Shown here: positions 17,573-24,391 of the stretch, piece by piece
Position numbering within the stretch: the first letter of the stretch is position 1
Layout: the number at the start of each line of letters is the position of its first letter
Assembly: GCF_001997385.1 (NCBI RefSeq)
Contig: NZ_CP019633.1
Location: forward strand, 2,250,001 to 2,282,000
Reading direction: 5' to 3'
Length of the DNA stretch: 32,000 nt
Source: Sedimentisphaera cyanobacteriorum
Lineage (GTDB): Bacteria > Planctomycetota > Phycisphaerae > Sedimentisphaerales > Sedimentisphaeraceae
Made by a program: the position numbers and the translations under genes
Notes under the pieces: model-generated
Told to the model about the DNA's origin: nothing
The model's database searches: none
Seen by the model: the letters and a program-made list of their open reading frames with translations, nothing else

Positions 17573-18414
17573 ATTTCTTTAATGTTAGTTTTCAGCTCTT
17601 CGCTTCCGCTCTCTATAACGCTTTTTCCCTGAACCTGAGCAGCTGTAATCTCTTTTGTGTACGGCACTTTCCCAACGAAATGACATCCGCTTTCTTCCGC
17701 TATTTTCTCAATCTGCTTTGTGTTTTCAGGGTTTAGGTCCCATTTATTCACGCATATAAACGTTGGCACATCAAAGTGTTTGGTTAGGCTTCTAACCCGC
17801 TCGAGGTCGTGTATGCCGGACATCGTAGGCTCTGTTACCACAAGAACTGCGTCTGTGCCGGTGATCGAGGCTATCACGGGGCAGCCTGTCCCTGGAGGCC
17901 CGTCAACCACGATAAGCTCGGAATTCTGCTCCTGGGCGAGCTTTCTGGCCTCTTCCCGAACCACGCTCACCAGTTTGCCCGAGTTTTCAGCAGCTATACC
18001 CAGCTTTGCATGCACCATCGGGCCGAATCTTGTATCTGAGATGAACCACTGTCCGCAGCTGCTCTCGGGGAAATCAACAGCATCGGCAGGGCATATCTCA
18101 ACGCACACCCCGCATCCCTCGCACATCGAACTGTCCACGCGGTACTGCCCAACATCGACTCTGTTTATTGCATCGAAGCGGCATTTCTGCCAGCAAGCAC
18201 CGCATCCGAGGCACTTATCCTCATCGATTATCGCCTCATTGCCCGAGATAAAATCTGTTGTCTGTTTTACATTCGGCTCAAGGATCAGGTGCAGATCGGC
18301 AGCATCAACATCGCAGTCTGCAAGTACGGATTTCTCCGCAAGGGCTGCAAACGAGCTTGTAAGGCTTGTTTTGCCGGTTCCGCCTTTTCCGCTTATCACT
18401 ACCAGCTCTTTCAT
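17539..18414 (-). CDS. MinD/ParA-type P-loop ATPase with two 4Fe-4S ferredoxin motifs, paralog 2
   Basis: 291 aa. Deviant Walker A is SGKGGTGKTS. Cys motifs are CLGCGACWQKC and CEGCGVCVEIC, followed by the second half of the ATPase (IVVDGPPGTGCPV). Its ATG overlaps the upstream stop as ATGA at 18411-18414. Confidence 0.85.
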   Translation of the reverse strand: MKELVVISGKGGTGKTSLTSSFAALAEKSVLADCDVDAADLHLILEPNVKQTTDFISGNEAIIDEDKCLGCGACWQKCRFDAINRVDVGQYRVDSSMCEGCGVCVEICPADAVDFPESSCGQWFISDTRFGPMVHAKLGIAAENSGKLVSVVREEARKLAQEQNSELIVVDGPPGTGCPVIASITGTDAVLVVTEPTMSGIHDLERVRSLTKHFDVPTFICVNKWDLNPENTKQIEKIAEESGCHFVGKVPYTKEITAAQVQGKSVIESGSEELKTNIKEIWGKLCSQILK

Positions 18415-19259
18415 CTGCTCACCTCCGCTGCTGTCTGTTCTATCTCGCTGATAAGCCCTTTGAGCCTGTCTTCAAGCCCCGGAACAGAATCGGCCATATC
18501 CGCTCCCTTTGAATACGCCTCTGCAAGCTCTCTTGACTCGGGGATCTCGAGCAGGAGATTTATCCCTTCGTTTGTGCAGTAATCCACAACGCGGCCGTCT
18601 CCGCTGTCTGAGCGGTTTATCACTACGCCGAACGGGATTCCCAGCTCCCGCACAGTTTCCACTGCGAGGATAAGGTCGTTGAGCCCGAAGGGGGTTGGCT
18701 CGGTTACGAGGATTACAAAATCCGCCCCCTGAACAGCTGTAATCATAGGGCAGGAGTTCCCGGGCGGGCAGTCTATAATATTCAGGGCATCTTCTCTGGA
18801 GTATTTCTTCACTTCCCTTATAACAGGCGGCGCCATCGCGTTTCCGATATCCAGAAGCCCTTCTGCTGTGCTGATTTTGCCTGCCTCGCCGACGGCTATC
18901 GAGCCGGCCTTCCTGCCAACTTCCGTTATCGCCTTGGCCGGACAAACCATCTCGCAGCCTCCGCACCCGTGGCAGAGCTCGGGGAAAACGATCGGTTTTC
19001 CGCCCGCTATTGCTATTGCATTGAAGTTGCAGAATTCTGCGCACTTCCCGCACCCGTCGCAGCGGTCTTCATCCACCTGCGGAACGGGAGTTTTAACGGT
19101 TGCGTAATTTACGATCTCGGGCTTTAGGAATATATTGCCGTTCGGCTCCTCGACATCGCAGTCTAAATAAACCGACGGGCCTTCATAAGCCCTTGCCAAA
19201 GATACCGACAGCGTTGTCTTGCCGGTTCCGCCTTTTCCTGATGCTACAGCTAAACGCAT
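18411..19259 (-). CDS. MinD/ParA-type P-loop ATPase with two 4Fe-4S ferredoxin motifs, paralog 1
   Basis: 282 aa. Walker A is SGKGGTGKTT. Cys motifs are CDGCGKCAEFC and CHGCGGCEMVC, then IIDCPPGNSCPM. It overlaps the DUF89 gene by 10 nt. Confidence 0.85.
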   Translation of the reverse strand: MRLAVASGKGGTGKTTLSVSLARAYEGPSVYLDCDVEEPNGNIFLKPEIVNYATVKTPVPQVDEDRCDGCGKCAEFCNFNAIAIAGGKPIVFPELCHGCGGCEMVCPAKAITEVGRKAGSIAVGEAGKISTAEGLLDIGNAMAPPVIREVKKYSREDALNIIDCPPGNSCPMITAVQGADFVILVTEPTPFGLNDLILAVETVRELGIPFGVVINRSDSGDGRVVDYCTNEGINLLLEIPESRELAEAYSKGADMADSVPGLEDRLKGLISEIEQTAAEVSR

Positions 19260-20140
19260 TGCTCCTGGCTGCCTTTCTTAATTAACTCTCTGGATGTAAC
19301 TATCCAATTGCCGTATTCAAGTCCATACTTATCAGCAATCACGCTGCACTTAACCTGAAAGAGAAAATACACGTTCCTTTCGCATTCGTTCAGGGTCTCG
19401 AAGTTTCCCTGTCCTTTGGAAATCACCACATCAGCCCTGCTGTATATATTGAGAAACTCCTCACTGCATGCTGAGAGCACCGTGCCCGGGATGTCTGCCC
19501 CGTTTGGGACTATCCTTGCAACCTTTTCAATGCCTGCCTCGCGGGCTTCCAGCTCGGTGGCATCATTGATTATGGGCGAGCCTTTCACGGCATAGCTCAC
19601 CTCTGCACTTCCGGGAAACTGCTCTATCAGGAGCTTATCGAAAACAGTCTCTCCTGCATTATCTCCCAGAATCAGCACTTCGCCTGCCTGCTCGATATCT
19701 GCATACAGAATGTCAACCGCTTCAGAATCCAGAGGCTGATACTGAACCTTGTCAAAAGAGGCCTCGATTACGCTCTCATCCCAGTCTGAACGTGCACCGA
19801 AATCAAGGATATTGCCTGCAATCGCAAAGCGTATCGCTGTTTCGAAAGGCCTTTCGCTGCCTGCAATGAGCCCTTCTGCCTTCCCTGCCACCTCTTTTGC
19901 GTGGAGGGTGGATTTTTCCTTGAGCTTTTTGTACGGGTCCGGGCTGGCGGTTTCCTCACGCACTATTCTGTGGACAATCTGAGCCATCTCGGGGGGAGTG
20001 AGCTCGAGGCTGAAATCCGATGCTGCCAGCAGAACGCGTTTTAGAATATGCTCGATAGTTTTCTCATCGCAGCCTATCATTCTGCCGGCATCGAGTGCCT
20101 GACGCACAAAACAGGGTATGCAGTCCAGTGAAGTTTTCAT
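19250..20140 (-). CDS. DUF89 / ARMT1-like metal-dependent (damage-control) phosphatase family protein
   Basis: 296 aa. The N-terminal SLDCIPCFVRQAL, the ILGDNAGETVFDKLLIE motif and KGQGNFETL are characteristic of DUF89. Its start overlaps the upstream stop (TGATG at 20138-20142). Confidence 0.75.
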   Translation of the reverse strand: MKTSLDCIPCFVRQALDAGRMIGCDEKTIEHILKRVLLAASDFSLELTPPEMAQIVHRIVREETASPDPYKKLKEKSTLHAKEVAGKAEGLIAGSERPFETAIRFAIAGNILDFGARSDWDESVIEASFDKVQYQPLDSEAVDILYADIEQAGEVLILGDNAGETVFDKLLIEQFPGSAEVSYAVKGSPIINDATELEAREAGIEKVARIVPNGADIPGTVLSACSEEFLNIYSRADVVISKGQGNFETLNECERNVYFLFQVKCSVIADKYGLEYGNWIVTSRELIKKGSQEQCV

Positions 20141-20502
20141 CAGATCCAGTGTCCTTCCACATCTGCCCGAGAGGCTTTAGCAAGCTTTCCGGTTTTGAAA
20201 AGGTCTATCGCTTCTTCGACAGTTTGAGCCTGAGTTGTGTAAACCTCAACGCCTGCCTGCGAGAGCACATGAAATGCCTTCGGTCCGCAGTGGCCTGTTA
20301 TAACCGCCTGCACACCCGAATCAGCGACATTCTGCGCCGCTTGAACGCCTGCTCCCTGAGCTGCACTCAAGTTTTGTGTATTGTCTTTATATTCAAGGCT
20401 GTGTGTTTCAGTGTCGTAGATTAGAAATCCTGCGGCTCTGCCGAACCTGCGGTCAACCGCACTGCTGTATGTTTTACCGTTTGCTGTGATTGCTGCTTTC
20501 AT
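20140..20502 (-). CDS. NifB/NifX-family small protein, paralog 2
   Basis: 120 aa: MKAAITANGKTYSSAVDRRFGRAAGFLIYDTET...AVITGHCGPKAFHVLSQAGVEVY. This is the NifX-like pattern. Confidence 0.8.
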   Translation of the reverse strand: MKAAITANGKTYSSAVDRRFGRAAGFLIYDTETHSLEYKDNTQNLSAAQGAGVQAAQNVADSGVQAVITGHCGPKAFHVLSQAGVEVYTTQAQTVEEAIDLFKTGKLAKASRADVEGHWI

Positions 20503-20631
20503 TTCGATTTCCTGTCCAAATGTTCTCTTAATTGCTTTTATAAGAGAATCAGGCCCTCCGGCAGGGGCACCGGAGAACCTAACCTCTGTTATATAGAAAG
20601 GGTAAACCGATTTATCTAAACCGTGGATCGG

Positions 20632-20964
20632 CTATTTGAGCGATTCGAGCCTCTTTTCAATTTGGCTCATCTGCTCTTTCAGCTGGCTTAAATTATCTTC
20701 TAAAACCTGCTTCTCAGTTTCCGAGTCCAACTGAGGCTGGCCGTAGGCAGGGGCGTTGTATGCGCCATAGGGCGGAGCCTGTTGCGCCCCGCGTCCGAAG
20801 CCGAAGCCTCTGCCGAAACCCCTGCCGAGGCCGCGTCCGCCGCCTCTGAATCCAAAACCGAAACCGTTCATAAATCCCGGTACAGGGCTGCCTGTGCAGT
20901 ATCCAGCTGCTCTTCCTGTCATTGGCCCGAGTCCTGCTGGGCCTGTTCTGTCTCCTCTTGGCAT
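20632..20964 (-). CDS. DUF5320 family protein (Gly/Arg/Phe-rich, C-terminal coiled coil)
   Basis: 110 aa. It has the N-terminal MPRGDRTGPAGLGPMTGRAAGYCTG signature, a GFGFGFRGGGRGLGRGFGRGFGFGRG low-complexity tract, and a C-terminal heptad-like LEDNLSQLKEQMSQIEKRLESLK. An AAGGAG Shine-Dalgarno is upstream. Confidence 0.75.
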   Translation of the reverse strand: MPRGDRTGPAGLGPMTGRAAGYCTGSPVPGFMNGFGFGFRGGGRGLGRGFGRGFGFGRGAQQAPPYGAYNAPAYGQPQLDSETEKQVLEDNLSQLKEQMSQIEKRLESLK

Positions 20965-20993
20965 AATAAACTCTCCTTTCGTAAAGTTTTAAT

Positions 20994-21404
20994 TCAAAAG
21001 TCCTGTCTTCTTTGATTAAGCCCTTTTCCAGCTTTGCCTTTGCGTCTTCGCCGGCCGCCTCTTCTGCCGCGGCAGCCGGGCATGGCAAAGCTTGCTGCGG
21101 TGAGGCTGTTACTCAGCCAGCCCGAGAGCACCTGCTCCACATCGCCGGCTATAAATCCCATAACCTCCATCCCGCTGCTGAGGGCAAATTCCTGGACAGG
21201 CCGAGATATTGCTCCGCAAATCAAGCTCTCTACTCCTATTTCCGCAAGGAACGATACCTTTTCAAAGGGGCTGGTTCCCGGCAGAATCACCTCGGTTCTT
21301 GAAAGTTCACCGCCTTCTGGCGGAACGTCAACTATTACCGCTTTGCCGGCGGCATCAAATACCGGAGCAATCCGGCCTGCCCATATTGTAATTGCTAATT
21401 TCAT
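20994..21404 (-). CDS. NifB/NifX-family small protein, paralog 1, with an Arg/Gly-rich C-terminal tail
   Basis: 136 aa: MKLAITIWAGRIAPVFDAAGKAVIVDV...ESLICGAISRPVQEFALSSGMEVMG, then the tail AMPGCRGRRGGRRRRKGKAGKG. It is the first gene of the operon and has no clear Shine-Dalgarno. Confidence 0.75.
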   Translation of the reverse strand: MKLAITIWAGRIAPVFDAAGKAVIVDVPPEGGELSRTEVILPGTSPFEKVSFLAEIGVESLICGAISRPVQEFALSSGMEVMGFIAGDVEQVLSGWLSNSLTAASFAMPGCRGRRGGRRRRKGKAGKGLNQRRQDF

Positions 21405-21419
21405 ACCGCTTTTGTTTAA

Positions 21420-21435
21420 TCAAGAGGCGTGCCAA
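21420..21435 (-). promoter_or_regulatory. Candidate sigma-54 (-24/-12) promoter
   Basis: The minus strand reads TTGGCACGCCTCTTGAT. This matches TGGCACG-N4-TTGCW with the correct GG-N10 spacing, but the -12 element is TTGA rather than TTGC. It is the only GG-N10-G(C/A) candidate in the 182-nt intergenic region. The predicted start site falls only a few nt before ATG 21404. Confidence 0.4.
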
Positions 21436-21543
21436 AAGGGCAAAAAAATGCAATAAATTTTGTAAAGCATTAAATGCCAGAACCTTATAGAAAGCTGTCT
21501 TGTGATGTTTCATTTTCTTATTGAGGCTTGAACGGCGCAATAA

Positions 21544-21582
21544 TGCAACGTTGCTGCACCGGCATAGTTGCAACAATGCAAC
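21544..21582. promoter_or_regulatory. Cluster of TGCAAC/GTTGCA half-sites (candidate activator binding sites)
   Basis: The sequence is tgcaac-gttgct (21544-21555), gttgcaac (21567-21574) and tgcaac (21577-21582). These are palindromic arrangements lying 110-150 bp upstream of the -24/-12 candidate and immediately after the activator gene stop. Confidence 0.4.
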
Positions 21583-21586
21583 TAAT

Positions 21587-22930
21587 TTATTCTATCCCGA
21601 GCCTGCTGAGCTTACGGTAGAGTGTGGTTTTGTGTATGCCGAGCTCTTTAGCAGCGGCGGTTTTGTTTCCGTTGTTTCTTTTGATAGCAGAGATGATGGC
21701 GTTTTTCTCGCTTTGGTCTGTCTGCATGCGAATGGATCTGCCCTCTGCCCTTTCTTCTGTTTTTCCAAATATACCCTCAGGCAGGTGCGAGAGGGAAATT
21801 CTTTTGGTTCCGCATAAAACAAACGCCCTTTCGATAGTGTTCTCGAGCTCTCGTACGTTCCCGGGCCAGCTGTAATTCAGGAATGCCGAATACACCTCCG
21901 GCGTAATTCCGGGCACTTCCCTGCCGTAGAGACAGTTGTACTTCTCCACAAAATGATCAGCGAGCAGAGGAATATCTTCCTTTCTGTCTCTAAGTGGCGG
22001 GAGGCTGAGGGTTATCACGTTGATTCGGTAGTAGAGGTCTTGTCGAAAGCTGCCCCTTTCCACGAGTTTTGAGAGGTCCTGATTTGTGGCTGCTATAACT
22101 CGCGCCCTGGTTTTTTCGGTTTGATTGCTTCCGAGCGGTTCGTAGCAGCGTTCCTGCAGAACGCGCAGGAGCCGAACCTGCATAGCGGGGCTTACCTCCC
22201 CTATCTCATCGAGGAAGATAGTTCCCTGCCCGGCAGCTGCGAAACGTCCGGGTTTGTCGGTATCTGCGCCGGTGAACGCACCTTTCTTATAGCCGAAAAG
22301 CTCGGATTCAAGCAGAGAATCGGGCAGAGCTCCGCAGTTTACAGCGACAAACGGGGATTTGCTGCGCGGCCCCATCTCGTGGATCGCCTTGGCGAGAACC
22401 TCTTTGCCCGAGCCGGTTTCCCCTGCGATCAGAACCGTGCTGGGGCTTCCTGCCACTGCCCTTGCAAGCTCCATTACTGAGCACATCGAGCTGCTGTGGC
22501 TGATGAAGCCGCCAAGGCTGCACTTGCCCTTCAGCTCACTGCGCAGGGTTTCAATCTCGCTTAGATCGCGGAAGGTTTCAGCACCGCCGATTATTTTGCC
22601 GTTCTCATCACGCAAAACAGCCGTTGACACGCTAACGGGGATGCGGTTTCCCTCTGCGTCAACTATATATCCTGTGCGGTTTATCAGTGGTTTGCCGGTT
22701 TCGAGGGTTTCTCGAAGTGCGCACTGCGCCTCGCACATATTCGAGCGGAATACATCCCAGCAGAAACTCCCTACCGCATCCTCTCGGGATATTCCGGTTA
22801 TCTGCTCAGCAGCGCGGTTGAATGAGCATACCAGCCAGTTCAGGTCAACCGTGAAAACCCCGTCGGAGATGCTGTCTAATACGGCATCGCCGCAGGCGGT
22901 GAAGGCTGGTTTGCGTTTTGAGTTGTCCAT
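21587..22930 (-). CDS. Sigma-54-dependent transcriptional activator (PAS sensor, AAA+ domain, Fis-type HTH)
   Basis: 447 aa. It has an N-terminal PAS-like domain, an AAA+ core (GETGSGKEVLA, ESELFGYKKGAFTGA, TIFLDEIGE, RQDLYYRINV) and a C-terminal HTH (NKTAAAKELGIHKTTLYRKLSRLGI). Confidence 0.9.
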   Translation of the reverse strand: MDNSKRKPAFTACGDAVLDSISDGVFTVDLNWLVCSFNRAAEQITGISREDAVGSFCWDVFRSNMCEAQCALRETLETGKPLINRTGYIVDAEGNRIPVSVSTAVLRDENGKIIGGAETFRDLSEIETLRSELKGKCSLGGFISHSSSMCSVMELARAVAGSPSTVLIAGETGSGKEVLAKAIHEMGPRSKSPFVAVNCGALPDSLLESELFGYKKGAFTGADTDKPGRFAAAGQGTIFLDEIGEVSPAMQVRLLRVLQERCYEPLGSNQTEKTRARVIAATNQDLSKLVERGSFRQDLYYRINVITLSLPPLRDRKEDIPLLADHFVEKYNCLYGREVPGITPEVYSAFLNYSWPGNVRELENTIERAFVLCGTKRISLSHLPEGIFGKTEERAEGRSIRMQTDQSEKNAIISAIKRNNGNKTAAAKELGIHKTTLYRKLSRLGIE

Positions 22931-22966
22931 GTTACAGCTTGGGATTCCTTAAAGCCCGGCCGAGAT

Positions 22967-23698
22967 TCAGCATTCGGCGCTGATAAGCTCGGGAAGCTCA
23001 TTAAGAGAATTTATCACCCTTGCGTTTTCCGGGATCTTTTTGCCCTCATTGGTATGAGCTTTCTTGAGCACAGGGAGCATCCCGCAACCTATCGACCCGG
23101 CTATATCAGTTTCGACCTTATCGCCCACAAACACAATCTCGCTGAAATCAGCTCCAATTTTATCTGCGGCCGATTCGAATATTCGTTTGTCCGGTTTCCG
23201 GAATTTGTAGTTGCACGAGTAAACCCGTACGGGGAAATGCTTTAAGATATTTAGTTCTCTGAGGTGATGGTCGAGAGCTTCTGCGCCTGCGTATGTATTG
23301 GATACTATCCCAAGGCTCAGCCCCATTTTTTCGAGCTTGGTTATTGTTTCGCGGAAATTTTTTTCTATATGACCGATTTCCATAAGCGGGCTGTACCATA
23401 TACGAAGCAGCTCGAGCCACTGCTGCTGGCTGAGCTGATGGCCGAATTTCCTGCCGGTTTTCTTCAATACATCCATCGCATCGAAATCGTTGCCCGTTAT
23501 ATCAGACCAGATCAGCTTGAGCTTGATGGTAATCAGGATTCGCCTGATATAATTCTTCATCGACGGAAGCCTCTGGCCGAGACTGGATAGATACTGGTAG
23601 CTCTCGCCGCAGGCCTTCTTGATAAGCGCTTTCTGGTCGAACGGGCCGAAGTTTACTATCGTATCTCCAAAATCAAATAAAACCGCTCTGTATTTCAC
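22967..23698 (-). CDS. HAD-superfamily hydrolase (subfamily IA-like)
   Basis: 243 aa. Motif I is VLFDFGDTIV, motif II is IVSNT, and motif III/IV is KPDKRIF...VFVGDKVETDIAG. The start is a GTG at 23698 with an AGGTGA Shine-Dalgarno upstream. Confidence 0.75.
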   Translation of the reverse strand: MKYRAVLFDFGDTIVNFGPFDQKALIKKACGESYQYLSSLGQRLPSMKNYIRRILITIKLKLIWSDITGNDFDAMDVLKKTGRKFGHQLSQQQWLELLRIWYSPLMEIGHIEKNFRETITKLEKMGLSLGIVSNTYAGAEALDHHLRELNILKHFPVRVYSCNYKFRKPDKRIFESAADKIGADFSEIVFVGDKVETDIAGSIGCGMLPVLKKAHTNEGKKIPENARVINSLNELPELISAEC

Positions 23699-23878
23699 CT
23701 ATTCACCTGAATCTTAATTTTATTTCAGCTCTTAATTCTTTCCGATTTTACCCCGCAAAGCGGGTGAGAAAACCGGAAAATCGTTTCTTCTTCCCGCCGC
23801 TGGAGATGCTTTCACTGCTTCTATTATATTTTTTTCGCCTTCTGCTTCAATAACCCTTATTCAGCCAGCACTGCTAAA

Positions 23879-24295
23879 GTGGGCGACAATATTTTCCGGC
23901 AGGGCTTTGCAGACCCGGGGATGAACTCCTTCGCCCACTACTCATTTGGAGCTGTATGCCAGTGGATCTATGAAACGATAGGCGGAATCAAAACCGGCGG
24001 GAATGCCTTCAGGAAAATAATCATTCAGCCAAAACCAGGAGGAAATCTCGACTGGGCAAAAACTTCATACCGCTCAATCAGAGGAGAGATTAAAACCGAA
24101 TGGAAAATCGAGGACGGAAAGTTCATTCTTGATGTGGTGATCCCCGCAAACACAGCAGCAGATGTGTATCTGCCAACCGAAAACATTGAAAGTATTAGGC
24201 AGAACGGCCATAGAATCGAAAACGCAGAACCCGCTCAGGAAGCGGCGATTGTTCATATCGGCTCGGGCAAATACCGCTTTGAATCGAGAATATAA
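23879..24295 (+). pseudogene. C-terminal remnant of a GH78 alpha-L-rhamnosidase
   Basis: The 138-aa ORF starts at a GTG. GMNSFAHYSFGAVCQWIYETIGGIK...FRKIIIQPKPGGNLDWAKTSYRSIRGEIKTEWKIEDGKFILDVVIPANTAADVYLP matches the last ~130 aa of bacterial rhamnosidases, which are normally 900 aa or more. No matching upstream coding sequence is present. Confidence 0.65.
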
Positions 24296-24391
24296 ACGCG
24301 CTTAAGCCTATGATTTGAATATGCCGGCGAAGCCAGGAAAGGAGCGGAGCACTTGGCCCCGCTCTCTTTGGTTATTGCATTTGCTGAGTGA

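Noticed and set aside
17720-18451. 243-aa plus-strand ORF. Similar long antisense ORFs occur at 13239..13859, 22359..22952, 30748..31248, 15931..16416 and 4561..5049
   Set aside because: Each one is antisense to a confidently assigned gene (MinD-ferredoxin, YacL-like, sigma-54 activator, secA, MBL, oxidoreductase beta). All have Ser/Pro/Arg-rich compositions typical of shadow frames.
16834-21404. Nitrogen-fixation (nif) gene cluster
   Set aside because: Only NifX-fold small proteins are present. There are no nitrogenase structural genes, NifEN or a radical-SAM NifB domain. The name reflects the fold, not the pathway.
21467-21480. A second sigma-54 candidate (minus strand TGGCATTTAATGC) upstream of the operon
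   Set aside because: The GG to GC spacing is only 8 nt, which is incompatible with the -24/-12 geometry.
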